Below are positions 36,501 to 49,101 of a stretch of DNA of 64,000 nt, piece after piece. A model generated the notes under the pieces. That model saw only the letters and a list, made by a program, of their open reading frames with translations. It was not told the DNA's origin and did not search any database. The position numbers and the translations under genes are program-made. The DNA lies in the NCBI GenBank assembly GCA_030390025.1, contig JASTWF010000348.1, positions 434,001-498,000 of the forward strand, given 5' to 3'. This stretch comes from Squalus acanthias. Lineage: Eukaryota. Numbering within the stretch: position 1 is the first letter of the stretch; the number at the start of each line of letters is the position of its first letter.

Positions 36501-39500
36501 GTGAGAGTCAGTGTCTGTGGGACTCTATCCCAGTGAGAGTCAGTGTCTGTGGGACTCTATCCCAGTGAGAGTCAGTGTCTGTGGGACTCTATCCCAGTGA
36601 GAGTCAGTGTCTGTGGGACTCTATCCCAGTGAGAGTCAGTGTCTGTGGGATCCTATCCCAGTGAGAGTCAGTGTCTGTGGGACTCTATCCCAGTGAGAGT
36701 CAGTGTCTGTGGGATCCTATCCCAGTGAGAGTCAGTGGCTGTGGGACTCTATCCCAGTGAGAGTCAGTGTCTGTGGGATCCTATCCCAGTGAGAGTCAGT
36801 GTCTGTGGGATCCTATCCCAGTGAGAGTCAGTGTCTGTGGGATCCTATCCCAGTGAGAGTCAGTGTCTGTGGGACTCTATCCCAGTGAGACTCAGTGTCC
36901 TGGGGGACTCTATCCCAGTGAGAGTCAGTGTCTGTGGGACTCTATCCCAGTGAGAGTCAGTGTCTGTGGGAGTGTCTGTGGGATTCTATCCCAGTGAGAG
37001 TCAGTGTCTGTGGGGACTCTATCCCAGTGAGAGTCAGTGTCTGTGGGACTCTATCCCAGTGAGAGTCAGTGTCTGTGGGACTCTATCCCAGTGAGAGTCA
37101 GTGTCTGTGGGATCCTATCCCAGTGAGAGTCAGTGTCTGTGGGACTCTATCCCAGTGAGAGTCAGTGTCTGTGGGACTCTATCCCAGTGAGAGTCAGTGT
37201 CTGTGGGACTCTATCCCAGTGAGAGTCAGTGTCTGTGGGATCCTATCCAGTGAGAGTCAGTGTCTGTGGGACTCTATCCCAGTGAGAGTCAGTGTCTGTG
37301 GGATCCTATCCCAGTGAGAGTCAGTGTCTGTGGGACTCTATCCCAGTGAGAGTCAGTGTCTGTGGGACTCTATCCCAGTGAGAGTCAGTGTCTGTGGGAC
37401 TCTATCCCAGTGAGAGTCAGTGTCTGTGGGACTCTATCCCAGTGAGAGTCAGTGGTCTGTGGGACTCTATCCCAGTGAGAGTCAGTGTCTGTGGGATCTA
37501 TCCCAGTGAGAGTCAGTGTCTGTGGGACTCTATCCCAGTGAGAGTCAGTGTCTGTGGGACTCTATCCCAGTGAGAGTCAAAGTCTATGGATTCGATCCAG
37601 TGAGAGTCAGTGTCTATGGGATTCTATCCCAGTGAGAGTCAGTGTCTGTGGGACTCTATCCCAGTGAGAGTCAGTGCTGTGGGACTCTATCCCAGTGAGA
37701 GTCAGTGTCTGTGGGACTCTATCCCAGTGAGTGTCAGTGTCTGTGGGACTCTATCCCAGTGAGAGTCAGTGTCTGTGGGACTCTATCCCAGTGAGAGTCA
37801 GTGTCTGTGGGACTCTATCCCAGTGAGAGTCAGTGTCTGTGGGACTCTATCCCAGTGAGAGTCAGTGTCTGTGGGATCTCTATCCCAGTGAGAGTCAGTG
37901 TCTGTGGGACTCTGTCCAGTGAGAGTCAGTGTCTGTGGGACTCTATCCCAGTGAGAGTCAGTGTCTGTGGGATCCTATCCCAGTGAGAGTCAGTGTCTGT
38001 GGGATCCTATCCCAGTGAGAGTCAGTGTCTGGTGGGATCCAGTATCCCAGTGAGAGTCAGTGTCTGTGGGACTCTATCCCAGTGAGAGTCAGTGTCTGTG
38101 GGACTCTATCCCAGTGAGAGTCAGTGTCTGTGGGACTCTATCCCAGTGAGAGTCAGTGTCTGTGGGACTCTATCCCAGTGAGAGTCAGTGTCTGTGGGAC
38201 TCTATCCCAGTGAGAGTCAGTGTCTGTGGACTCTATCCCAGTGAGAGTCAGTGTCTGTGGGACTCTATCCCATTGAGAGTCAGTGTCTGTGGGACTCTAT
38301 CCCAGTGAGAGTCAGTGTCTGTGGGACTCTATCCCAGTGAGAGTCAGTGTCTGTGGGATCCTATCCCAGTGAGAGTCAGTGTCTGTGGGATCCTATCCCA
38401 GTGAGAGTCAGTGTCTGTGGGACTCTATCCCAGTGAGAGTCAGTGTCTGTGGGACTCTATCCCAGTGAGAGTCAGTGTCTGTGGGACTCTATCCCAGTGA
38501 GAGTCAGTGTCTGTGGGACTCTATCCCAGTGAGAGTCAGTGTCTGTGGGACTCTATCCCAGTGAGAGTCAGTGTCTGTGGGACTCTATCGCAGTGAGAGT
38601 CAGTGTCTGTGGGACTCTATCCCAGTGAGGTCAGTGCCTGTGGGACTCTATCCCAGTGAGAGTCAGTGACTGTGGGATCCTATCCCAGTGAGAGTCAGTG
38701 TCTGTGGGAGCCTATCCCAGTGAGAGTCAGTGTCTGTGGGACTCTATCCCAGTGAGAGTCAGTGTCTGTGGGATCCTATCCCAGTGAGAGTCAGTGTCTG
38801 TGGGACTCTATCCCAGTGAGAGTCAGTGTCTGTGGGATCCTATCCCAGTGAGAGTCAGTGGCTGTGGGATCCTATCCCAGTGAGAGTCAGTGTCTGTGGG
38901 ATCCTATCCCAGTGAGAGTCAGTGTCTGTGGGATCCTATCCCAGTGAGAGTCAGTGTCTGTGGGATCCTATCCCAGTGAGAGTCAGTGTCTGTGGGACTC
39001 TATCCCAGTGAGACTCAGTGCCTGTGGGACTCTATCCCAGTGAGAGTCAGTGTCTGTGGGACTCTATCCCAGTGAGAGTCAGTGTCTGTGGGACTCTATC
39101 CCAGTGAGAGTCAGTGTCTGTGGGATCCTATCCCAGTGAGACTCAGTGTCTGTGGGACTCTATCCCAGTGAGAGTCAGTGTCTGTGGGATCCTATCCCAG
39201 TGAGAGTCAGTGTCTGTGGGACTCTATCCCAGTGAGAGTCAGTGTCTGTGGGACTCTATCCCAGTGAGAGTCAGTGTCTGTGGGATCCTATCCCAGTGAG
39301 AGTCAGTGTCTGTGGGACTCTATCTCAGTGAGAGTCAGTGTCTGTGGGACTCTATCCCATTGAGAGGCAGTGTCTGTGGGATCCAATCCCAGTGAGAGTC
39401 AGTGTCTGTGGGACTCTATCCCAGTGAGAGTCAGTGTCTGTGGGACTCTATCCCAGTGAGAGTCAGTGTCTGTGGGACTCTATCCCAGTGAGAGTCAGTG

Positions 39501-42500
39501 TCTGTGGGACTCTATCCCAGTGAGAGTCAGTGCCTGTGGGACTCTATCCCAGTGAGAGTCAGTGTCTGTGGGATCCAATCCCAGTGAGAGTCAGTGTCTG
39601 TGGGACTCTATCCCAGTGAGAGTCAGTGTCTGTGGGACTCTATCCCAGTGAGAGTCAATGTCTATGGGATTCTATCCCAGTGAGAGTCAGTGTCTATGGG
39701 ATTCTATCCCAGTGAGAGTCAGTGTCTGTGGGACTCTATCCCAGTGAGAGTCAGTGTCTATGGGATTCTATCCCAGTGAGAGTCAGTGTCTGTGGGACTC
39801 TATCCCAGTGAGAGTCAGTGCCTGTGGGACTCTATCCCAGTGAGAGTCAGTTTCTGTGGTACTCTATCCCAGTGAGTGTCAGTGTCTGTGGGACTCTATC
39901 CCATTGCGAGTCAGTGTCTGTGGGACTCTATCCCAGTGAGAGTCAGTGTCTGTGGGACTCTATCCCAGTGAGAGTCAGTGTCTGTGGGATCCTATCCCAG
40001 TGAGAGTCAGTGTCTGTGGGATCCTATCCCAGTGAGAGTCAGTGTCTGAGGGACTCTGTCCCAGTGAGAGTCAGTGTCTGTGGGACTCTATCCCAGTGAG
40101 AGTCAGTGTCTGTGGGACTCTATCCCAGTGAGAGTCAGTGTCTGTGGGACTCTATCCCAGTGAGAGTCAGTGTCTGTGGGACTCTATCCCAGTGAGAGTC
40201 AGTGTCTGTGGGACTCTATCCCAGTGAGAGTCAGTGTCTGTGGGACTCTATCCCAGTGAGAGTCAGTTTCTGTGGTACTCTATCCCAGTGAGAGTCAGTG
40301 TCTGTGGGACTCTATCCCAGTGAGAGTCAGTGTCTGTGGGACTCTATCCCAGTGAGAGTCAGTGTCTGTGGGACTCTATCCCAGTGAGAGTCAGTGTCTG
40401 TGGGATCCTATCCCAGTGAGAGTCAGTGTCTGTGGGATCCTATCCCAGTGAGAGTCAGTGTCTGTGGGACTCTATCCCAGTGAGAGTCAGTGTCTGTGGG
40501 ACTCTATCCCAGTGAGAGTCAGTGTCTGTGGGACTCTATCCCAGTGAGAGTCAGTGTCTGTGGGACTCTATCCCAGTGAGAGTCAGTGTCTGTGGGACTC
40601 TATCCCAGTGAGAGTCAGTGTCTGTGGGACTCTATCCCAGTGAGAGTCAGTGTCTGTGGGACTCTATCCCAGTGAGAGTCAGTGTCTGTGGGACTCTATC
40701 CCAGTGAGAGTCAGTGTCTGTGGGACTCTATCCCAGTGAGAGTCAGTGTCTGTGGGACTCTATCCCAGTGAGAGTCAGTGTCTGTGGGACTCTATCCCAG
40801 TGAGAGTCAGTGTCTGTGGGACTCTATCCCAGTGAGAGTCAGTGTCTGTGGGATCTATCCCAGTGAGAGTCAGTGTCTGTGGGACTCTATCCCAGTGAGA
40901 GTCAGTGTCTGTGGGACTCTATCCCAGTGAGAGTCAGTGTCTGTGGGACTCTATCCCAGTGAGAGTCAGTGTCTGTGGGACTCTATCCCAGTGAGAGTCA
41001 GTGTCTGTGGGACTCTATCCCAGTGAGAGTCAGTGTCTGTGGGACTCTATCCCAGTGAGAGTCAGTGTCTGTGGGACTCTATCCCAGTGAGAGTCAGTGT
41101 CTGTGGGACTCTATCCCAGTGAGAGTCAGTGTCTGTGGGATCCTATCCAGTGAGAGTCAGTGTCTGTGGGATCCTATCCCAGTGAGAGTCAGTGTCTGAG
41201 GGACTCTATCCAGTGAGAGTCAGTGTCTGTGGGACTCTATCCCAGTGAGAGTCAGTGTCTGTGGGACTCTATCCCAGTGAGAGTCCAGTGTCCTGTGGGA
41301 TCCTATCCCAGTGAGAGTCAGTGTCTGTGGGACTCTATCCCAGTGAGAGTCAGTGTCTGTGGGACTCTATCCCAGTGAGAGTCAGTGTCTGTGGACTCTA
41401 TCCCAGTGAGTGTCAGTGTCTGTGGGACTCTATCCAGTGAGAGTCAGTGTCTGTGGGACTCTATCCCAGTGAGAGTCAGTGTCTGTGGGACTCTATCCCA
41501 GTGAGAGTCAGTGTCTGTGGGATCCTATCCCAGTGAGAGTCAGTGTCTGTGGGATCCTATCCCAGTGAGAGTCAGTGTCTGTGGGACTCTATCCCAGTGA
41601 GAGTCAGTGTCTGTGGGACTCTATCCCAGTGAGAGTCAGTGTCTGTGGGACTCTATCCCAGTGAGAGTCAGTGTCTGTGGGACTCTATCCCAGTGAGAGT
41701 CAGTGTCTGTGGGACTCTATCCCAGTGAGAGTCAGTGTCTGTGGGACTCTATCCCAGTGAGAGTCAGTGTCTGTGGGACTCTATCCCAGTGAGAGTCAGT
41801 GTCTGTGGGACTCTATCCCAGTGAGAGTCAGTGTCTGTGGGACTCTATCCCAGTGAGAGTCAGTGTCTGTGGGACTCTATCCCAGTGAGAGTCAGTGTCT
41901 GTGGGACTCTATCCCAGTGAGAGTCAGTGTCTGTGGGACTCTATCCCAGTGAGAGTCAGTGTCTGTGGGATCCTATCCCAGTGAGAGTCAGTGTCTGTGG
42001 GACTCTATCCCAGTGAGAGTCAGTGTCTGTGGGACTCTATCCCAGTGAGAGTCAGTGTCTGTGGGACTCTATCCCAGTGAGAGTCAGTGTCTGTGGGACT
42101 CTATCCCAGTGAGAGTCAGTGTCTGTGGGACTCTATCCCAGTGAGAGTCAGTGTCTGTGGGACTCTATCCCAGTGAGAGTCAGTGTCTGTGGGATCCTAT
42201 CCCAGTGAGAGTCAGTGTCTGTGGGATCCTATCCCAGTGAGAGTCAGTGTCTGTGGGACTCTATCCCAGTGAGAGTCAGTGTCTGTGGGACTCTATCCCA
42301 GTGAGAGTCAGTGTCTGTGGGACTCTATCCCAGTGAGAGTCAGTGTCTGTGGGATCCTATCCCAGTGAGAGTCAGTGTCTGTGGGACTCTATCCCAGTGA
42401 GAGTCAGTGTCTGTGGGACTCTATCCCAGTGAGAGTCAGTGTCTGTGGGACTCTATCCCAGTGAGAGTCAGTGTCTGTGGGACTCTATCCCAGTGAGAGT

Positions 42501-45500
42501 CAGTGTCTGTGGGACTCTATCCAGTGAGACTCAGTGTCTGTGGGACTCTATCCCAGTGAGAGTCAGTGTCTGTGGGACTCTATCCCAGTGAGAGTCAGTG
42601 TCTGTGGGACTCTATCCCAGTGAGAGTCAGTGTCTGTGGGATCCTATCCCAGTGAGAGTCAGTGTCTGTGGGACTCTATCCCAGTGAGAGTCAGTGTCTG
42701 TGGGACTCTATCCCAGTGAGAGTCAGTGTCTGTGGGACTCTATCCCAGTGAGAGTCAGTGTCTGTGGGACTCTATCCCAGTGAGAGTCAGTGTCTGTGGG
42801 ATCCTATCCCAGTGAGAGTCAGTGTCTGTGGGACTCTATCCCAGTGAGAGTCAGTGTCTGTGGGACTCTATCCCAGTGAGAGGCAGTGTCTGTGGGATCC
42901 TATCCCAGTGAGAGTCAGTGTCTGTGGGACTCTATCCCAGTGAGAGTCAGTGTCTGTGGGACTCTATCCCAGTGAGAGTCAGTGTCTGTGGGACTCTATC
43001 CCAGTGAGAGTCAGTGTCTGTGGGACTCTATCCCAGTGAGAGTCAGTGTCCTGTGGGACTCTATCCCAGTGAGAGTCAGTGTCTGTGGGATCCTATCCCA
43101 GTGAGAGTCAGTGTCTGTGGACTCTATCCCAGTGAGAGTCAGTGTCTGTGGGACTCTATCCCAGTGAGAGTCAGTGTCTGTGGGATCTATCCCAGTGAGA
43201 GTCAGTGTCTGTGGGACTCTATCCCAGTGAGAGTCAGTGTCTGTGGGACTCTATCCCAGTGAGAGTCAGTGTCTGTGGGACTCTATCCCAGTGAGAGTCA
43301 GTGTCTGTGGGACTCTATCCCAGTGAGAGTCAGTGTCTGTGGGACTCTATCCCAGTGAGAGTCAGTGTCTGTGGGACTCTATCCCAGTGAGAGTCAGTGT
43401 CTGTGGGACTCTATCCCAGTGAGAGTCAGTGTCTGTGGGACTCTATCCCAGTGAGAGTCAGTGTCTGTGGGATCCTATCCCAGTGAGAGTCAGTGTCTGT
43501 GGGATCCTATCCCAGTGAGAGTCAGTGTCTGTGGGACTCTATCCCAGTGAGAGTCAGTGTCTGTGGGACTCTATCCCAGTGAGAGTCAGTGTCTGTGGGA
43601 CTCTATCCCAGTGAGAGTCAGTGTCTGTGGGACTCTATCCCAGTGAGAGTCAGTGTCTGTGGGACTCTATCCCAGTGAGAGTCAGTGTCTGTGGGACTCT
43701 ATCCCAGTGAGAGTCAGTGTCTGTGGACTCTATCCCAGTGAGAGTCAGTGTCTGTGGGACTCTATCCCAGTGAGAGTCAGTGTCTGTGGGACTCTATCCC
43801 AGTGAGAGTCAGTGTCTGTGGGACTCTATCCCAGTGAGAGTCAGTGTCTGTGGGACTCTATCCCAGTGAGAGTCAGTGTCTGTGGGATCCTATCCCAGTG
43901 AGAGTCAGTGTCTGTGGGACTCTATCCCAGTGAGAGTCAGTGTCTGTGGGACTCTATCCCAGTGAGAGTCAGTGTCTGTGGGACTCTATCCCAGTGAGAG
44001 TCAGTGTCTGTGGGACTCTATCCCAGTGAGAGTCAGTGTCTGTGGGACTCTATCCCAGTGAGAGTCAGTGTCTGTGGGACTCTATCCCAGTGAGAGTCAG
44101 TGTCTGTGGGACTCTATCCCAGTGAGAGTCAGTGTCTGTGGGACTCTATCCCAGTGAGAGTCAGTGCTGTGGGACTCTATCCCAGTGAGAGTCAGTGTCT
44201 GTGGGATCCTATCCCAGTGAGAGTCAGTGTCTGTGGGAGCCTATCCCAGTGAGAGTCAGTGTCTGTGGGACTCTATGCCCAGTGAGAGTCAGTGTCTGTG
44301 GGATCCTATCCCAGTGAGAGTCAGTGTCTGTGGGACTCTATCCCAGTGAGAGTCAGTGTCTGTGGGACTCTATCCCAGTGAGAGTCAGTGTCTGTGGGAT
44401 CCTATCCCAGTGAGAGTCAGTGTCTGTGGGATCCTATCCCAGTGAGAGTCAGTGTCTGTGGGATCCTATCCCAGTGAGAGTCAGTGTCTGTGGGAGCTCT
44501 ATCCCAGTGAGAGTCAGTGTCTGTGGGACTCTATCCCAGTGACACTCTATGCCTGGTGGACTCTATCCCAGTGAGAGTCAGTGTCTGTGGGACTCTATCC
44601 CAGTGAGAGTCAGTGTCTATGGGATTCTATCCCAGTGAGAGTCAGTGTCTATGGGATTCTATCCCAGTGAGAGTCAGTGTCTGTGGGACTCTATCCCAGT
44701 GAGAGTCAGTGTCTGTGGGATTCTATCCCAGTGAGAGTCAGTGTCTGTGGGACTCTATCCCAGTGAGAGTCAGTTTCTGTGGTACTCTATCCCAGTGAGT
44801 GTCAGTGTCTGTGGGACTCTATCCCAGTGAGAGTCAGTGTCTGTGGGACTCTATCCCAGTGAGAGTCAGTGTCTGTGGGACTCTATCCCAGTGAGAGTCA
44901 GTGTCTGTGGGATCCTATCCCAGTGAGAGTCAGTGTCTGTGGGATCCTATCCCAGTGAGAGTCAGTGTCTGAGGGACTCTGTCCCAGTGAGAGTCAGTGT
45001 CTGTGGGACTCTATCCCAGTGAGAGTCAGTGTCTGTGGGACTCTATCCCAGTGAGAGTCAGTGTCTGTGGGACTCTATCCCAGTGAGAGTCAGTGTCTAT
45101 GGGATTCTATCCCAGTGAGAGTCAGTGTCTGTGGGACTCTATCCCAGTGAGAGTCAGTGCCTGTGGGACTCTATCCCAGTGAGAGTCAGTTTCTGTGGTA
45201 CTCTATCCCAGTGAGTGTCAGTGTCTGTGGGACTCTATCCCATTGCGAGTCAGTGTCTGTGGGACTCTATCCCAGTGAGAGTCAGTGTCTGTGGGACTCT
45301 ATCCCAGTGAGAGTCAGTGTCTGTGGGATCCTATCCCAGTGAGAGTCAGTGTTTGTGGGAGCCTATCCCAGTGAGAGTCAGTGTCTGTGGGACTCTATCC
45401 CAGTGAGAGCCAGCGTCTGTGGGACTCTATCCCAGTGAGACTCAGTGTCTGTGGGACTCTATCCCAGTGAGAGTCAGTGTCTGTGGGACTCTATCCCAGT

Positions 45501-47016
45501 GAGAGTCAGTGTCTATGGGATTCTATCCCAGTGAGAGTCAGTGTCCATGGGACTCTATCGCAGTGAGAGTCAGTGTCTGTGGGACTCTATCCCAGTGAGG
45601 TCAGTGCCTGTGGGACTCTATCCCAGTGAGAGTCAGTGACTGTGGGATCCTATCCCAGTGAGAGTCAGTGTCTGTGGGAGCATATCCCAGTGAGAGTCAG
45701 TGTCTGTGGGACTCTATGCCAGTGAGAGTCAGTGTCTGTGGGATCCTATCCCAGTGAGAGTCAGTGTCTGTGGGACTCTATCCCAGTGAGAGTCAGTGTC
45801 TGTGGGATCCTATCCCAGTGAGAGTCAGTGGCTGTGGGATCCTATCCCAGTGAGAGTCAGTGTCTGTGGGATCCTATCCCAGTGAGAGTCAGTGTCTGTG
45901 GGATCCTATCCCAGTGAGAGTCAGTGTCTGTGGGATCCTATCCCAGTGAGAGTCAGTGTCTGTGGGACTCTATCCCAGTGACACTCTATGCCTGGGGGAC
46001 TCTATCCCAGTGAGAGTCAGTGTCTGTGGGACTCTATCCCAGTGAGACTCAGTGTCTGTGGGACTCTATCCCAGTGAGAGTCAGTGTCTGTGGGATCCTA
46101 TCCCAGTGAGACTCAGTGTCTGTGGGACTCTATCCCAGTGAGTGTCAGTGTCTGTGGGATCCTATCCCAGTGAGAGTCAGTGTCTGTGGGACTCTATCCC
46201 AGTGAGAGTCAGTGTCTGTGGGACTCTATCCCAGTGAGAGTCAGTGTCTGTGGGATCCTATCCCAGTGAGAGTCAGTGTCTGTGGGACTCTATCCCAGTG
46301 AGAGTCAGTGTCTGTGGGACTCTATCCCAGTGAGAGTCAGTGTCTGTGGGATCCTATCCCAGTGAGAGTCAGTGTCTGTGGGACTCTATCCCAGTCAGAG
46401 TCAGTGTCTGTGGGACTCTATCCCAGTGAGAGTCAGTGTCTGTGGGACTCTATCCCAGTGAGAGTCAGTGTCTGTGGGATCCTTTCCCAGTGAGAGTCAG
46501 TGTCTGTGGGACTCTATCCCAGTGAGAGTCAGTGTCTGTGGGACTCTATCCCAGTGAGAGTCAGTGCCTGTGGGACTCTATCCCAGTGAGAGTCAGTGTC
46601 TGTGGGACTCTATCCCAGTGAGAGTCAGTGCCTGTGGGACTCTATCCCAGTGAGAGTCTGTGTCTGTTGGATCCTATCCCAGTGAGAGTCAGTGTCTTTG
46701 GGATCCTATCCCAGTGAGAGTCAGTGCCTGTGGGACTCTATCCCAGTGAGAGTCTGTGTCTGTTGGATCCTTTCCCAGTGAGAGTCAGTGTCTGTGGGAC
46801 TCTATCCCAGTGAGAGTCAGTGTCTGTGGGATCCTATCCCAGTGAGAGTCAGTGTCTGTGGGACTCTATCCCAGTGAGAGTCAGTGTCTGTGGGATCCTA
46901 TCCCAGTGAGAGTCAGTGCCTGTGGGACTCTATCCCAGTGAGAGTCTGTGTCTGTTGGATCCTATCCCAGTGAGAGTCAGTGTCTTTGGGATCCTATCCC
47001 AGTGAGAGTCAGTGTC
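21560..47016. repeat. 32-bp tandem satellite (~790 copies, ~25.4 kb), degenerate from 21560 to ~21990
   Basis: Unit GAGAGTCAGTGTCTGTGGGACTCTATCCCAGT; major variant ...GGGATCCTATCCC...; abrupt right end near 47016. Confidence 0.98.
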
Positions 47017-47199
47017 TACAGGGGAGGAGTGGATATGAAGAGGGACCAGGAGGAATTGTATACAAAGCTTCTCTGTTTAGTTCTGTGTCTGATCTGAGGA
47101 AGATTATTTGTGAATATTAACCATATCAGGAAATCAAATTCGTTAAATTTAATAATAAAACTAACAATTAATATTGACTGAGGCTTCCGCTTCTAATGG

Positions 47200-48058
47200 A
47201 AGGGATTAACCCTCTCACCCACCTCTTACCAGTTACAGAAACCAGGCAGCCTGTTCCTATCTGAGGGGATTAACCCTCTCACCCACCTCTCCCCCAGTTA
47301 CAGTCAGACTCGGGGCAGCCTGTTCCTATCGGAGGGGATTAACGCTCTCACCCACCTCTCCCCCAGTTACAGTCAGACTCGGGGCAGCCTGTTCCTATCG
47401 GAGGGGATTAACCCTCTCACCCACCTCTTCCCAGTTACAGTCAGACACCAGGCAGCCTGTTCCTATCGGAGGGGATTAACCCTCTCACCCGTCTCTCCCC
47501 CAGTTACAGTCATTCACCAGGCAGCCTGTTCCTATCGGAGGGGATTAACCCTCTCACCCACCTCTCCCCCAGTTACAGTCAGACTCGGGGCAGCCTGTTC
47601 CTATCGGAGGGGATTAACCCTCTCACCCACCTCTTCCCAGTTACAGTCAGACACCAGGCAGCCTGTTCCTATCGGAGGGGATTAACCCTCTCACCCGTCT
47701 CTCCCCCAGTTACAGTCAGACACTGGGCAGCCTGTTCCTATCGGAGGGGATTAACCCTCTCACGCACCTCTTCCCAGTTACAGTCAGACACCGGGCAGCC
47801 TGTTCCTATCGGAGGGTATTAACCCTCTCACCCGCCTCTCCCCCAGTTACACTCAGACACCAGGCAGCCTGTTCCTATCAGAGGGGATTAACCCTCTCAC
47901 CCGTCTCTCCCCCAGTTACAGTCAGACACTGGGCAGCCTGTTCCTATTGGAGGGGATTAACCCTCTCACGCACCTCTTCCCAGTTACAGTCAGACACCGG
48001 GCAGCCTGTTCCTATCGGAGGGGATTAACCCTCTGACCCGCCTCTCCCCCAGTTACAG
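47200..48058. repeat. 68/69-bp minisatellite (~12.5 copies)
   Basis: Unit GAGGGGATTAACCCTCTCACCCACCTCTCCCCCAGTTACAGTCAGACTCGGGGCAGCCTGTTCCTATCG; CTGTTCCTAT recurs at 47251, 47320, 47389, 47457 and onward. Confidence 0.95.
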
Positions 48059-48169
48059 ATAGAAATAAAGAGAAGTTCCGAGCTCACAGGACACTGTGTG
48101 ACCCTTAGTTAAATGCTCAGTGCAGGGCTTCTGACTGAGGGAGCGGAGATTGACGGAGCCCCACAGCGA

Positions 48170-48612
48170 GCTACTTTCTCGACGTGTAGTCACTGTTGCA
48201 ATTTGGGAAACGCGGCAGCCAATTTGCGCACAGCAAGATCCCACAAACGGCAATGAGATAATCTATTGGTTGAGGGATAAATATTAGGTCCCAGGATACC
48301 GGGGAGAACTCCCCCCCCTCAGAACCCCCCCCCCCCTCCCCGCTCTTCCTCCAATAGCGACCTGTGGGATCTTTCACATCCACCCGAGGGGGGCAGACGG
48401 GGGGCCCTCGGTTCTTGCGTCTCATCCGAAAGACGGGCCCCTCCGACAGTGCAGCGCTCCCCTCAGTACTGGCACCGGGGGAGTGTCGGCCCTGGATTAC
48501 GGGGGCTCGAGTCTCTGGAGTGGGGGAGGGCTCGAACCCACGAGCTTCTGACTCAGAGAGGACGGGGGGGGGGGCGGGTGGGGAAGAGAGCGAGGCCAAA
48601 CTGAGCCACGGT
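48170..48612 (-). mobile_element. tRNA-derived Deu-domain SINE (SacSINE1-like)
   Basis: The minus strand reads A box GTGGCTCAGTTTGG, B box GGGTTCGAGCCC, then ACTGAGGGAGCGCTGCACTGTCGGAGG...CTTTCGGATGAGACG...AAAGATCCCAC...GGGATCTTGCTGTGCGCAAATTGGCTGCC; homologous to 51971-52382. Family name is from recall, not from a search. Confidence 0.8.
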
Positions 48613-49101
48613 TGACAGTGAGGAGCAGTCGGCAGGAGAGAAAGGGCGTTCAATGGTTACTGGGTGGGTGCGGCTCTGCAACTTCAACAACAAGAAAAAA
48701 AAGAATCGGAGCGATCAGCCCGAGCCGTCGGGGACAAGTCCTGGCTTGGGTTTCCGGGCATGTGCAGGCCGAGTGTCTGAGCGAGGAGTGTTCCTGCCAG
48801 CGTGGCTGGCTTTCCTTCTTAATTACTTCCTGACTTTGTGTGGAAACTGCTTCGAGGAAAAGGGTGTGGAGCCTAAACAGAGGCACTTAATGAGGCACAG
48901 GGTGGGGGCAGGAGGAGGTCAGAGGCTGACCTTTCACCCTCTGGGACCTGGGGGAGCGGGGGTGGGGGAGTCAAATCCAGCGTCAGAAAGAGAGCCGCAC
49001 TGAGAGAGAGACAGAAAGAGGGAGAGACAGAAAGATCTTGTGTTTGACCCCGAGATAAACCTCTGACCACATCTTCTGTCCATCACTAAGACCACCTATT
49101 T

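Noticed and set aside
30154..46493. Cys/Ser/Val-rich ORFs in the 32-bp array
   Set aside because: Created by indels or substitutions that skip the periodic stop, many in probable error-rich patches.
47200..48058. Interstitial telomeric repeat (TAACCC in each unit)
   Set aside because: Only one hexamer per 68/69-bp unit, not tandem (TTAGGG)n.
48520..48612. tRNA gene (A and B boxes; also at 50905-50942)
   Set aside because: These are SINE heads continuing into the Deu domain; no complete cloverleaf.
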